In this document: one piece after another, positions 9,883 to 20,515 of the stretch | Layout: every line of letters begins with the position of its first letter | Numbering within the stretch: position 1 is the first letter of the stretch | Origin: a bacterium | GTDB taxonomy: Bacteria > SAR324 > NAC60-12 | Direction of reading: 5' to 3' | NCBI GenBank assembly: GCA_965233585.1 | Contig: CBDDTI010000747.1 | Span: forward strand, 736,001-800,000 | DNA: 64,000 bases | Translations under genes and position numbers: made by a program | The notes under the pieces: generated by a model | Told to the model about the DNA's origin: nothing | Seen by the model: the letters and a program-made list of their open reading frames with translations, nothing else | Databases searched by the model: none

Positions 9883-11903
9883 TGAATTTTAACAGGAGTC
9901 AGTTTGACTGTTTTTGAGCTGGTTTGGTTGATTTTGTATAAAAAAGTTGTCGGGTCAAAGGCTTCAAAGACTCTTCCATATTTATCCCAAAATTTTTGGT
10001 CAATATAAACGATGTACAAAAAATCTGATTTTTTTTCAATTATTTGTTGTTGCCATTCTTCAACAGAAAGGTCGCAAGCATAGTCTAAATCTGATGTGCC
10101 TGTATATTCTTCTGCTGTGCCAAGTGTCATGCAGTCGTAAGGATAGCCCCTCCAGCCTGAAGTCAAGCGAATCGGTATTAATTCTAATGCTCGTGCTAAA
10201 TGAACCATTGCCGCAACAACAGAATTGCCATAGTTAATTTGGTCAATGACATAAAGTTTTGCAGAGGCAGGAATTGTTTGATGAATTTTCTGCACTTGTG
10301 GCTTGATTCGTTCCCTTTGTTGAGTGTGAACACCTTCACGTTTTTGGTAAAAATGCCTTAAATCCACAGGATAAGTATAAAAAAGGAATGCAACGAATGG
10401 TAATGCAAAAATTAATCTTGGATTCAATAAAATTTGTTTGATAGTTTGCTTTGAATATGCAAGAGAAGAAGATAAAAAGCCAAAACCAATTGAAGCAAAA
10501 GCAATCATGTAAGAGTTAAGATAACGATGAAATGAAGCCAATCGTGTTCCTTCATAATCTCCAAAATGAAAAAGATACTTCAATAGTAAGCCTGAAGTGA
10601 TGAGGATAAAAGCGGCAGATAAAGCTAAATAAATGAAAGATAATCTTAATTTAAAAAATTGACTTCTATGAAAAAAGACTCCAATGATGTAAAGAAAGGA
10701 GTAAATTAAAAAATAATCTAAATGACTAAAGTTAAATGTCAAATTTAAAAATTCTTGATGAATTTGCTTAGGATAATACTCAAATACCGTTCCACTGACA
10801 AAAACATGATAAAATTTGTTGATAATCAGCCGATGCTTGTCTATTGCTTGTTCTGGATCAAATGCTTCTTTGACCTTGTCTATTGAAAAACTAAAACTTT
10901 GCGTAAAAATCTTGCCTATTTGTTGCTCTTCTAAATATAAATCCCATAAATTTTTAGATAAAAATGGAGCTAGAACTAACATGACGACAATGATGCTTTT
11001 GCTTAAAGAAATTTGTTTTAAAATTGGAAATATTTTTTTATTTTGTGCCAAAAATAGAATGGGTTTTAAAATGATTTGATCAAATAGAATAATACTAATA
11101 CTCAATAATGCAAAATGAAATCCCAAGTCCTTTAATAATGGCATGACAAAAAGAACAGGAATCAATAAAACTGTAGTTGAATTTAAAAAAGAGTGGTAGA
11201 GATGAAACCTAACTAAAGAAGATTGTATGTTAATATAATGAATCATCACTGATGCAAACCATACACCTATAATGTGATCCAAATAAATAGAAAAAACACC
11301 CAATCCTTGACGATAAACAATATAAAAAACAAAAGATAAAACAACAAAAATCCAAATAAAATTTTTCCAGTGAATGTACTTAAAGAGAGATAGTAAAGGA
11401 GTGAGTAGCAAGATAAAATGAGCTAAATAAATCGCTCCTTCACTTTGGTCAATTCTTGAGGCAATATAATACTGAAACAAGATTGCTCCGCGAGGATAAC
11501 TAGTTAATCCCAATGGAATATGGTCAAGTAATTTATCTGTTTTTAGTGTTTCTATACTCATACTTCCCCAATTAGAAAATTCGTCCCAATAGAAGAACTG
11601 CATGTCTGAATAAAACCACCAGTACAGCAAAGGTAAAGAAACAAAAATGAAAAGGCTAGGTGATAAAATTGGCACTAACTCACCTTTTTTATAAAAAAGA
11701 TAGATCAGTACAAAAAACAAAATTAACCCAACATAAAAAAGAAGTTGTGACACATGGGCTAGCAAACTGAAATAGCTTGCTAAGTGAAGAATGGCGATGA
11801 TGCTTGCAATCACTGCTAAGAGAATTAGCTCTAAATCTTTTTTGAAGTAATAGAATAAAGAAAAAGCATAACCAAGTATGGACAAAATAGAAAAAACTGC
11901 CAT
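9879..11903 (-). CDS. Large polytopic membrane protein, possibly a GT-C-fold glycosyltransferase
   Basis: Many hydrophobic segments; WDE motif in an early loop and YP downstream; very AT-rich. Confidence 0.65.
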   Translation of the reverse strand: MAVFSILSILGYAFSLFYYFKKDLELILLAVIASIIAILHLASYFSLLAHVSQLLFYVGLILFFVLIYLFYKKGELVPILSPSLFIFVSLPLLYWWFYSDMQFFYWDEFSNWGSMSIETLKTDKLLDHIPLGLTSYPRGAILFQYYIASRIDQSEGAIYLAHFILLLTPLLSLFKYIHWKNFIWIFVVLSFVFYIVYRQGLGVFSIYLDHIIGVWFASVMIHYINIQSSLVRFHLYHSFLNSTTVLLIPVLFVMPLLKDLGFHFALLSISIILFDQIILKPILFLAQNKKIFPILKQISLSKSIIVVMLVLAPFLSKNLWDLYLEEQQIGKIFTQSFSFSIDKVKEAFDPEQAIDKHRLIINKFYHVFVSGTVFEYYPKQIHQEFLNLTFNFSHLDYFLIYSFLYIIGVFFHRSQFFKLRLSFIYLALSAAFILITSGLLLKYLFHFGDYEGTRLASFHRYLNSYMIAFASIGFGFLSSSLAYSKQTIKQILLNPRLIFALPFVAFLFYTYPVDLRHFYQKREGVHTQQRERIKPQVQKIHQTIPASAKLYVIDQINYGNSVVAAMVHLARALELIPIRLTSGWRGYPYDCMTLGTAEEYTGTSDLDYACDLSVEEWQQQIIEKKSDFLYIVYIDQKFWDKYGRVFEAFDPTTFLYKINQTSSKTVKLTPVKIQ

Positions 11904-11912
11904 TGGATCAAA

Positions 11913-12869
11913 CTAAAGAGATTTTAAAATGTGATGAATGAAAGTTAAAACAAAGGGATAACTATTGAAAGATGATAATCTAATCTTGATTTGATTAAAA
12001 GAAATTTCATCAAATTGATGAGTGATAAAATAAGGATCGTGGCTGTCAAATTGAAGTGATAAATGATCACCTTGATTGCTGTAAGAATTGATGTTGATGA
12101 AGCTCCATTTTTCAATTTGATTAATTGGGATTTCTTTAATAAATTGACCTGAATTAAAAAGCTGAATGGAATAAATATTGACAGCATCTAACGGAGTTTT
12201 GGAAGGGTCAAATCGTATCCGATTTGCTGTAATAGTCTTGGGAAATTGAATGCCATAATCTTTGGGAAGATGAGAAGATTTGATGGCAACATTGTAAGAT
12301 TTATTTTCACTAAATTTACCATCACTCTTAGAAGACCAAAAGAATTGTGACTCTAACGTCGTGTCTTGATAAATTTTATTGGCTTGATACCATTGACTGA
12401 ATCCAATCCAAGCAGATATAAAAATAACAGCCAAACAAAATATAGAAATTAAAAAGACTTTATATGTTTTAAAAAGAAAGAAGACGTAGCTTCTTTTGAA
12501 AAAATCAATCTTATTTTTGATTTGATACTTGTCTTTGATTTCACTCTGGATTTGCATTTCATATTTGTTGATAATCGTTTCAATCATTGTGATACATTGT
12601 TCAAAAAATCTTTCAAATTGTAACTGATTTTCAAATTTAAACTTCCCTGTGTCTAATTTTTGAATGAGTAAAATTTGTGAGGGATTCAAAATGTCTAAAT
12701 TTTGATGATTGAGTGAAAGGTGGAATCGCTCTTTGTAAACATTCATTGCTGAAAACACAGCATCTTTTAAACAAAGAGCAGAGCGATAAAATTGCTTTTG
12801 GTCAGCTAAAACTAATGCTTGTTGATAAAAATGATTGGTTTGAGAAAAAGATGGATTCACTTGAGGCAT
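11913..12869 (-). CDS. Hypothetical single-pass membrane protein
   Basis: 318 aa with one central TM segment and a beta-rich C-domain (QFFW..RIRFDP); AT-rich. Confidence 0.65.
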   Translation of the reverse strand: MPQVNPSFSQTNHFYQQALVLADQKQFYRSALCLKDAVFSAMNVYKERFHLSLNHQNLDILNPSQILLIQKLDTGKFKFENQLQFERFFEQCITMIETIINKYEMQIQSEIKDKYQIKNKIDFFKRSYVFFLFKTYKVFLISIFCLAVIFISAWIGFSQWYQANKIYQDTTLESQFFWSSKSDGKFSENKSYNVAIKSSHLPKDYGIQFPKTITANRIRFDPSKTPLDAVNIYSIQLFNSGQFIKEIPINQIEKWSFININSYSNQGDHLSLQFDSHDPYFITHQFDEISFNQIKIRLSSFNSYPFVLTFIHHILKSL

Positions 12870-12916
12870 GATAAAAATAAGTTAAAGAATCAAAAGAGTT
12901 GTTGAATCTATTGGGG

Positions 12917-13924
12917 TCATGTTTCATCAGCAACAAACTGTTCAATCGGTTTGACTAAATTTGTGTTTCCTAAGAATACAGGACAACGAGCATGAAGAGA
13001 TGTTGGTTTAAAATCAGACACAGGACTGACGCCAGTAGAAGCATAACCTCCTGCCTGTTCCACTAAAAAGCTCATTGGAGCGACTTCAAACAAAAATCTC
13101 AATTTGCCTGAAGTTTGTGTGCGGTCAGCAGGATAGTAAAACACGCCCCCACTTAACAATGTCCTATGAACATCAGCAACCATTGAGCCAATGTAACGTA
13201 AAGAAAGTTTAGGTTGATGCCTTTCTAGCCATTCTGTATAACGTCTCACGCCTAATGACCACTCTGTGCAATTTGCCCGATTGACGCTGTAATACTTTGG
13301 GGATTCAGGGATTTTGATGTTGGGGTGAGAAAGAAGAAATTCACCGATGCTGGGTTCAAGAGTAAATCCGTTGAGACCATTCCCAGAACTATAAACCATC
13401 ATCGTACTTGAACCGTAAATAATGTAGCCTGCCGCAACAATGTCTTTGGTACCTTGCAATGTATCTTCTAATGTTCCATGCCTTGCCACGTCTGATTTAA
13501 TGTGAAAAATTGTAAAAATAGTTCCAACACTGACGTTAAACTCAGTATTAGATGAACCATCAAGCGGGTCAAACAATAACACATACCTACCAACATCAAA
13601 ATGGCTGGGAATAGGAATAATGTCTTCGCTTTCTTCAGACCCCATCATTGCTAAGCAGCCGATATGGTCATGCAGTTTGTACATCACCTGATGTGCAAAC
13701 AAATCCAACTTCTGAACGGACTCCCCTTGTACATTAATCGTTCCTGCTTCACCAAGAATGTCAGACAACCCTGCACGAGTTGTCTGATGTGCAATCATTT
13801 TTCCTGCAAGTGCAATTTGTTGTAAAATATGAGTCAGTTCTCCTTTGGAAGAATCAGGCTGTTCTTGTAAAATATGCCGCTCAATCGTAATGATTTCAGG
13901 CGTTGGAAGCGATGGCAGATTCAT
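12917..13924 (-). CDS. fbp: Class 1 fructose-1,6-bisphosphatase
   Basis: [37 protein letters not shown]. Confidence 0.96.
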   Translation of the reverse strand: MNLPSLPTPEIITIERHILQEQPDSSKGELTHILQQIALAGKMIAHQTTRAGLSDILGEAGTINVQGESVQKLDLFAHQVMYKLHDHIGCLAMMGSEESEDIIPIPSHFDVGRYVLLFDPLDGSSNTEFNVSVGTIFTIFHIKSDVARHGTLEDTLQGTKDIVAAGYIIYGSSTMMVYSSGNGLNGFTLEPSIGEFLLSHPNIKIPESPKYYSVNRANCTEWSLGVRRYTEWLERHQPKLSLRYIGSMVADVHRTLLSGGVFYYPADRTQTSGKLRFLFEVAPMSFLVEQAGGYASTGVSPVSDFKPTSLHARCPVFLGNTNLVKPIEQFVADET

Positions 13925-14151
13925 AATCACCTTGATAATTTGATAGTTTGTAGGTCAGGAATAAACGTTAAAAGAAGTTACACAACTGTTCACAGACAAT
14001 CAATCTCTATTTTTAGAACTCTTGAAGAAGGTCAAAATCAAAAATTCTTAAAAAGCGTGTTTGATGAAATGAAGAGTTACTTCTTTCTTGAGTTTCAGTC
14101 ATTTTTTGGTAAACTAACCGCTTTTGACTTTCAATGGGACGTTAGAAGACG

Positions 14152-14664
14152 ATGACCAATCAACCAAACTCATTTAATCGCGAGCAATTATTGCAATGTG
14201 GCCATGGTCAAATGTTTGGGAAAGGGAATGCTCAACTTCCTTTAGACCAGATGTTAATGTTGGATCGGATTTGTTATATTTCTGATCAAGGTGGCAATTA
14301 CGGAAAGGGAGAAATTATTGCAGAATTAGACATTACTGAAGAAGCATGGTTTTTTGCATGTCATTTTGCAGGTGATCCTGTGATGCCGGGGTGTCTGGGG
14401 CTTGATGCCTTGTGGCAACTGGGAGGGTTCTTTTTAGCATGGTTAGGAAACAAGGGACATGGGCGTGCGTTAGGGGTGGATAGCGTCAAATTCAAAGGGC
14501 AAATCTTGCCACAAAATCGTCTTGTTAGATACCATATTCATATCAAGAGAGTCATTGTCTCCCGCTTAGTTATGTGTGTTGGCAATGGCATTGTCTCGGT
14601 GGACGGAGAAGATGTTTACTTTGTAGAAGGTTTTCGCAGTGGGCTTTTTGAATCAACTCAATAA
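14152..14664 (+). CDS. fabA: 3-hydroxydecanoyl-ACP dehydratase/isomerase
   Basis: [25 protein letters not shown] with the FabA-type Asp; GRALG. Confidence 0.95.
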   Translation: MTNQPNSFNREQLLQCGHGQMFGKGNAQLPLDQMLMLDRICYISDQGGNYGKGEIIAELDITEEAWFFACHFAGDPVMPGCLGLDALWQLGGFFLAWLGNKGHGRALGVDSVKFKGQILPQNRLVRYHIHIKRVIVSRLVMCVGNGIVSVDGEDVYFVEGFRSGLFESTQ

Positions 14665-14679
14665 AATTTCCAACGACCT

Positions 14680-15639
14680 ATGAACGATTTGATTTTGGAA
14701 CATGACTTTGCTCTTACTGCCCAGACACATGAGCTGACCTTGCAAGAGTCTATTGACTTGGTCATGCAAAAATATAGTTCCAACACCAAACGTGCTTACC
14801 TTCGTGCGATGCGTGACTTCCAAAGCTGGCTTGACACGCAAGGTCTTCATTTGGAACAAATCAAACAGATTCACATCTTTCAATACCAAATGTTCCTAAG
14901 AGAGCAAGGTAAAAAGCCGGCGACTATCAATCAAAATATGAGTTGCTTGAGGAAAGTCTTTTCTATGTTGTTGGAGTTTGGATATGTCCAACAGAACCCT
15001 TGCGATTCAGAGGCTATACAAAGCGAAAAAGTCTCGCCACTCAGTAACAAAAATGCGCTGCGTTTTTCGCAAGTGTCAGACTTAATCTCTGCAAATGGAA
15101 TAGAAAGATATGATGGACGTGTTGCAAAATTACTTCGTTCTCGTAATGAGCTTTTGGTCAGGTTTCTTTACTTCACAGCAACAAGGAGAAGTGAGGTTGC
15201 AGGCTTGCGTTGGGAACATCTCCGTACAGATGGCGATTTTCACATTGCTGTACTGCCTGAAACCAAAAGTGGTACGCCCCAAAAAATTAAAATCAGAGAA
15301 GATTTGCATCAACGATTAACTGAATGGCAAGACATTTTAAAAAATCATCAAATTGACAGCCCTTGGGTGTTCCCCTCTCTTTCTCAACGAACCTTAGGTC
15401 GGCAGATGACAGGGGGAGGCATCAACATTGTGATTAAACGGCTTGGAAAAGCGACAGGGATTGACATTTCTGCACACTATTTAAGGCACACTGCTATCAC
15501 CATTGCCTTTGATTTGGGGCAACCTTTAGAAAAAGTGCGTGGATATGCCCGTCATGTTTCTGCTGACACAACTTTGAGGTATTACCATGACCGAGACATA
15601 CTTCGTAAAAACCCAACTGACGTTTTGCCTGCCTTATAA
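14680..15639 (+). CDS. Tyrosine recombinase/integrase
   Basis: N-terminal core-binding domain (NTKRAY); catalytic set R (ATRRSE), K (TKSG), HxxR (AHYLRH), H (RHVS) and Y (TLRY). Confidence 0.92.
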   Translation: MNDLILEHDFALTAQTHELTLQESIDLVMQKYSSNTKRAYLRAMRDFQSWLDTQGLHLEQIKQIHIFQYQMFLREQGKKPATINQNMSCLRKVFSMLLEFGYVQQNPCDSEAIQSEKVSPLSNKNALRFSQVSDLISANGIERYDGRVAKLLRSRNELLVRFLYFTATRRSEVAGLRWEHLRTDGDFHIAVLPETKSGTPQKIKIREDLHQRLTEWQDILKNHQIDSPWVFPSLSQRTLGRQMTGGGINIVIKRLGKATGIDISAHYLRHTAITIAFDLGQPLEKVRGYARHVSADTTLRYYHDRDILRKNPTDVLPAL

Positions 15640-15664
15640 ACCTAAAACATAAGCGACTGCTACA

Positions 15665-16780
15665 ATGACAATTTTAATGACAGGAAACACTGGCTACGTT
15701 GGCTCTGTCCTGACCAAAGAACTCCAAAAAAAAGACGCCAAAAGAGAAATCAAAGGCTGGGATGCAGGATTTTTTTTGGACTCTATTGACCCCAAAACAC
15801 CCATGCCTGAAGCAAATATCAGACAGTGTTTTGGAGACATTAGAGAACCATTAAGCTACTCGTGGACAACTGAGGCTCAACAGCTGGAGGCAGTCGTCCA
15901 TTTAGCTGCTATTTCTAATGACCCAATGGGAAAAGAGTTTGAGAAGGTGACCAAAGACATCAACGTCCGTTCAAGTTTAGAAGTGGCAAGGCTTGCAAAA
16001 ACGTATGGGGCAAGAAAATTTGTTTTTGCCTCAAGTTGTAGTTTGTATGGTGCAGGTGGAGACACCCCAAGAAAAGAAGATGACCCTTTGAATCCTCTGA
16101 CCGCTTATGCAGAATCAAAAGACCTGATGGAAAAGGGACTACAAACGTTGGCTGACCACAATTTTCAAGTGATTTGTTTAAGATTTGCCACAGCGTGCGG
16201 GGCATCTCCAAGAATACGATTGGACTTGGTTCTTAACGATTTTGTCGCCTCTGCTTTGACCCAAGGCAGAATTGAAGTTTTAAGTGACGGGTCTCCTTAC
16301 AGACCCTTGATTCATGTTCAAGATATGGTTAGAGCGATAGAGTGGGCAATAGATTTTGAACCTGAAAATCATTTTTTAGTCATCAACGTTGGCAGTGATT
16401 CATGGAATTACCAAATCAAAGACCTTGCTGCAACTGTGGCAGACCTTTTGCCAAATACAACATATTCCATCACTTCTGATGCCCTGCCAGACCAACGTTC
16501 GTATCGTGTGGACTTTAGCTTGTTTGAATCCCTTGCCCCCAATCATCAACCACAAGTTGACCTGAAAACTGCTGTGTTGGAAATTTATGACCATCTCAAA
16601 CAAATTGGGTTTCAAGACCCCAACTTCCGTCAATCTTCATTGATGCGATTACATCACTTGAGGTCATTGATTGCGACTCACCAAATCAACCATGAATTGT
16701 TTTGGAAAGACCAACATTGGCAAAGCCGACTTGAATCAGAGGTTCAAGAACACCAAAAAAATCTAAACCAACCAAATTAA
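15665..16780 (+). CDS. NAD-dependent nucleotide-sugar epimerase/dehydratase (extended SDR)
   Basis: TGNTGYVG, HLAAISNDP, ASSCS, YAESK, LRFATACG. Confidence 0.9.
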   Translation: MTILMTGNTGYVGSVLTKELQKKDAKREIKGWDAGFFLDSIDPKTPMPEANIRQCFGDIREPLSYSWTTEAQQLEAVVHLAAISNDPMGKEFEKVTKDINVRSSLEVARLAKTYGARKFVFASSCSLYGAGGDTPRKEDDPLNPLTAYAESKDLMEKGLQTLADHNFQVICLRFATACGASPRIRLDLVLNDFVASALTQGRIEVLSDGSPYRPLIHVQDMVRAIEWAIDFEPENHFLVINVGSDSWNYQIKDLAATVADLLPNTTYSITSDALPDQRSYRVDFSLFESLAPNHQPQVDLKTAVLEIYDHLKQIGFQDPNFRQSSLMRLHHLRSLIATHQINHELFWKDQHWQSRLESEVQEHQKNLNQPN

Positions 16781-16786
16781 TAAAAT

Positions 16787-17251
16787 ATGGCATCACACAT
16801 TGAAGGCGTGCAGGTTATCCCTCTCAAAAAAATTCCTGACGAACGAGGTACCATTTATCACATGCTTCGTGCTTCTGACCCGCATTTTCAAAAATTTGGG
16901 GAAATTTATTTTTCTAAAATCTATCAAGGGGCAATCAAAGGCTGGCATACACATAAGCAGATAACATTGAATTATAGCGTGGTGGTTGGTATGGTAAAGC
17001 TCGTTTTATTTGACATGAGAGAAGACTCTTGTACAAAAGGGAATCTCATGGAATTGTTTATTGGAGAAGACCATTACTGTTTAGTTATCATTCCTCCCGG
17101 TGTAACCAATGGACACAAGGGGATTTCATCTTTCGCCTTGCTTGCAAATGCTCCTGATGTGCCACATGACCAGCTTCAAAAAGATGAAATGGAGCGAATT
17201 GACCCCTACCAAAATAACATTCCATACGACTGGGCAAGAAAAGATTTATAA
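16787..17251 (+). CDS. RmlC-like NDP-4-keto-sugar 3,5-epimerase (cupin)
   Basis: DERG, IKGWH, VIIPPGVTNG. Confidence 0.88.
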   Translation: MASHIEGVQVIPLKKIPDERGTIYHMLRASDPHFQKFGEIYFSKIYQGAIKGWHTHKQITLNYSVVVGMVKLVLFDMREDSCTKGNLMELFIGEDHYCLVIIPPGVTNGHKGISSFALLANAPDVPHDQLQKDEMERIDPYQNNIPYDWARKDL

Positions 17252-17263
17252 CAAGCAAACTTT

Positions 17264-18034
17264 ATGAAAGTTGTTATTTTAGCTGGGGGGTTAGGAACAA
17301 GGTTGGCTGAATACACTGCTGACCTGCCAAAGCCAATGGTTCAAATTGGGGGCAAGCCTATTTTATGGCATATTATGAACTTCTATGCCTCTTATGGTTA
17401 TGATGATTTTTACATTGCTCTTGGTTACAAAGGGGGGTGTGTCAAAGAATACTTTTTAAATTATGCAACACTCCAGTCTGATTTTACTGTGGACTTAGCC
17501 ACAGGTCATGTGCAATGTTTGCGGAAGTCTCAGACTTCTTGGAAGGTCACCTTAGTTGAAACAGGGCAACACTCTATGACAGGAGGCAGGTTGAAACGTA
17601 TGCAACCCTATCTTGATGACACTTTCTTGCTAACTTATGGTGACGGGCTTTCTAATGTCAATTTAGAAAAACTTGTCAGGTTTCATCAACATCACAAACG
17701 TCTTATCACCGTCACGGCAGTCCGTCCTACTGCACGTTTTGGAGAGTTGGAAATTGTTGAAGGTCAGGTGACCCATTTTTTAGAAAAACCACAAACGAAT
17801 GTAGGCTGGATCAATGGAGGTTTTTTTGTTGTTGAACCCTCTTTCCTTCAGCAAATTGAAGACGATGACACCATTCTTGAGAAACAACCATTAGAAAATG
17901 CGGCAAAGCAAGGACAGCTTTCTGCTTACCAACATGACGGCTTTTGGCATTGCATGGACACTCTCCGTGATTTGAAATCTTTGGAAGCCTTATGGAAAAC
18001 GGGAGATGCCCCTTGGAACAGGTCAAATCTATGA
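17264..18034 (+). CDS. rfbF: Glucose-1-phosphate cytidylyltransferase
   Basis: ILAGGLGTRL, PKPMV, MTGGRLK, TYGDG, GFWHCMDTLRD, APW. Confidence 0.95.
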   Translation: MKVVILAGGLGTRLAEYTADLPKPMVQIGGKPILWHIMNFYASYGYDDFYIALGYKGGCVKEYFLNYATLQSDFTVDLATGHVQCLRKSQTSWKVTLVETGQHSMTGGRLKRMQPYLDDTFLLTYGDGLSNVNLEKLVRFHQHHKRLITVTAVRPTARFGELEIVEGQVTHFLEKPQTNVGWINGGFFVVEPSFLQQIEDDDTILEKQPLENAAKQGQLSAYQHDGFWHCMDTLRDLKSLEALWKTGDAPWNRSNL

Positions 18035-18103
18035 AACCAATGATTCATCAATACTCTTTTCACATTCTTTTTTCTAGTCTTTCAATCAAGCCTTTTTCTC
18101 ACC

Positions 18104-19381
18104 GTGTCTTCTGATTTTTTAAGTTTAAATTCTAGGGCATTGTTTCAAGGCTGTCTTACCGTTCCGGGGTCTAAAAGCATTGCAAATCGGGTGTTGTTGC
18201 TTTCAGCACTGGCTGAGGGAACAACCCTTTTGCAAAACGTCCCCAAGAATGATGATGTCAGTTACATGTCTCAAGCACTGGGGCAGTTGGGAGTGCAGAT
18301 TAATGCAAATGGGGATTCTTTAGTCATTGAAGGAGTAGGAGGGCAGTTTCCTTGTCAGCAAGCTGATTTATTTCTGGGTAATGCAGGAACAGCCACGCGT
18401 TTTCTAACAGCAGGTTTGTGCATTGCAGAAGGAAATTTTGGAGTTGATGGAGTGGAACGTATGCGGGAACGTCCTATTGCACCACTGGTAGAAACACTTA
18501 ACATGCTCGGTGCAGACATTTCTTATCAAAAACGCAAAGGCTATCTTCCCTTACAAATCAAGGCAAATGGCATTCAAGGACAAATCGTTCCTATTGACCC
18601 CTCTATGAGCAGTCAATATCTTTCTGCTGTTTTGATGATTGCCCCCCTCGCAAAGTCTGACGTCACGTTCACACTGCAAAGTCCTGCTGTTTCTCTACCC
18701 TACGTTGAGATGACGATGAAGTTGATGCAAAAGTTTGGAGTGCAAGTAGAACATCAAAACTTTGAAAAATTTCAGATTGCTGGGTCTCAAAATTATGTTG
18801 CACCAGAGGTTTTGCATATTGAACCTGATGCCTCGTCAGCTTCTTACTTCTTGGCAGGGGCTGCCATCACCAAAGGTGAAATCATCATCAAAGGCTATGG
18901 TTCAAGGAGTATTCAAGGCGATGCTCAATTTGCCAAGATACTAGAACAAATGGGGGCGACTCTTCACTGGCAAGATGAGCAAGTGACGATTCAAGGGGCA
19001 ACGCTACATGGAATTGATGTGGATATGAACAACATGCCAGATGCCGCAATGACACTTGCAGTAACAGCACTTTTTGCTAAGGGAAAAACCAAGATTCGCA
19101 ACATTTACAACTGGCGTCTTAAAGAAACAGAACGTCTTCAGGCAGTCTCCACAGAATTACGAAAACTTGGGGCAGATGTAGAGGAGGGCAGTGATTTTCT
19201 TGTGATTGAACCACCTCTAAAAATCAGACCTGCAGAAATCCAAACTTATGATGACCACCGAATGGCAATGGCATTTGCTCTTGCAGCGTGTCGGGGGACT
19301 CCAATCACTTTGCAAAATCCAAGTTGTGTGTCAAAATCGTTTCCTGATTTTTTTCAGATATTTACAAAGTTTTTCAATTAG
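18104..19381 (+). CDS. aroA: EPSP synthase
   Basis: PGSKSIANR, LGNAGTATR, SSQYLS, RLKETER, DDHRMAM. Confidence 0.97.
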   Translation: MSSDFLSLNSRALFQGCLTVPGSKSIANRVLLLSALAEGTTLLQNVPKNDDVSYMSQALGQLGVQINANGDSLVIEGVGGQFPCQQADLFLGNAGTATRFLTAGLCIAEGNFGVDGVERMRERPIAPLVETLNMLGADISYQKRKGYLPLQIKANGIQGQIVPIDPSMSSQYLSAVLMIAPLAKSDVTFTLQSPAVSLPYVEMTMKLMQKFGVQVEHQNFEKFQIAGSQNYVAPEVLHIEPDASSASYFLAGAAITKGEIIIKGYGSRSIQGDAQFAKILEQMGATLHWQDEQVTIQGATLHGIDVDMNNMPDAAMTLAVTALFAKGKTKIRNIYNWRLKETERLQAVSTELRKLGADVEEGSDFLVIEPPLKIRPAEIQTYDDHRMAMAFALAACRGTPITLQNPSCVSKSFPDFFQIFTKFFN

Positions 19382-19387
19382 TTCAAC

Positions 19388-20482
19388 ATGAGTAGTCATT
19401 TTGGCAAGTTATTCCAAATCAGCACATGGGGGGAATCTCATGGTGGAACAATCGGCGTCGTCGTTGATGGTTGTCCTGCAGGTCTTGAAATCACAGCAGA
19501 GGCTATTCAGAAAGAGCTAGACCGCAGAAAACCCGGACAAAGCAAAATCACCACACAACGCAAAGAAGCAGACACGATTGAAATTTTGTCAGGTGTGTTT
19601 GAAGGCAGGACGTTGGGAACACCGATTGCCATGCACGTTCACAATACTGATGCCAGACCTGAAGCATACGATGAGTTGAAGGACTTGTTTAGACCTAGCC
19701 ATGCAGATTATACCTATGAGGCTAAGTATGGATTGAGAAATTGGCAAGGAGGCGGACGTTCAAGTGCAAGGGAAACGATTGGGCGTGTTGCGGCAGGGGC
19801 GATTGCCAGACAAATTTTACAGCAAGCATGCGGTGCAACTGTCCTTGCCTACGTTGAACAAATTTATAACGTCCGTGCCAAAATTGACCCTGCACAAGTG
19901 TCTTTAGAAGATATAGAAAGCAATATTACCAGATGTCCCGATATTCAGTCAGCAGAACAAATGATAAAGGTGATAGATGAGGCAAGGAAGTCTGGCGACA
20001 GCGTGGGCGGTGTGGTTGCCGCTTATGTGAAAGGACTGCCTGCCGGGCTAGGCGAACCTGTTTTTGACAAACTCACGGCTGACTTGGCAAAAGCTCTCAT
20101 GTCATTACCTGCGACGCGTGGCATTGAGTTTGGGCTTGGGTTTGATGCAATCCATCTCAAAGGTTCTCAACACAATGACGCTTTTGTGCTGAAAGATGAC
20201 CAAATTCGCACAAAAACTAATCATTCAGGAGGCATACAAGGTGGCATTTCTAATGGTGAGCCTTTGTTTTTGCGGGTTGCCTTTAAACCAACTGCTACAA
20301 TCAACTTTGAACAGCAAACTCTCACAAGAGACCATCAGGCTTATTCACTTCGTGCAAAAGGAAGGCATGATCCTTGCGTCATTCCGAGGGCTGTGCCTAT
20401 TGTTGAAGCCATGATTCACCTAGTTTTGGTGGATCATTATTTGCGTCAGCAAACTGCGTCTATTCACCATTTAAAAAAGTAA
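19388..20482 (+). CDS. aroC: Chorismate synthase
   Basis: [32 protein letters not shown]. Confidence 0.97.
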   Translation: MSSHFGKLFQISTWGESHGGTIGVVVDGCPAGLEITAEAIQKELDRRKPGQSKITTQRKEADTIEILSGVFEGRTLGTPIAMHVHNTDARPEAYDELKDLFRPSHADYTYEAKYGLRNWQGGGRSSARETIGRVAAGAIARQILQQACGATVLAYVEQIYNVRAKIDPAQVSLEDIESNITRCPDIQSAEQMIKVIDEARKSGDSVGGVVAAYVKGLPAGLGEPVFDKLTADLAKALMSLPATRGIEFGLGFDAIHLKGSQHNDAFVLKDDQIRTKTNHSGGIQGGISNGEPLFLRVAFKPTATINFEQQTLTRDHQAYSLRAKGRHDPCVIPRAVPIVEAMIHLVLVDHYLRQQTASIHHLKK

Positions 20483-20515
20483 CTTGACATCATTTTTTAT
20501 TTTAAAGGAGTCCTT

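Noticed and set aside
14680..15639. Integron integrase serving the attC-like site, or a prophage integrase
   Set aside because: Lacks the IntI-specific insertion before the HxxR box; no attI, cassettes or phage genes adjacent.
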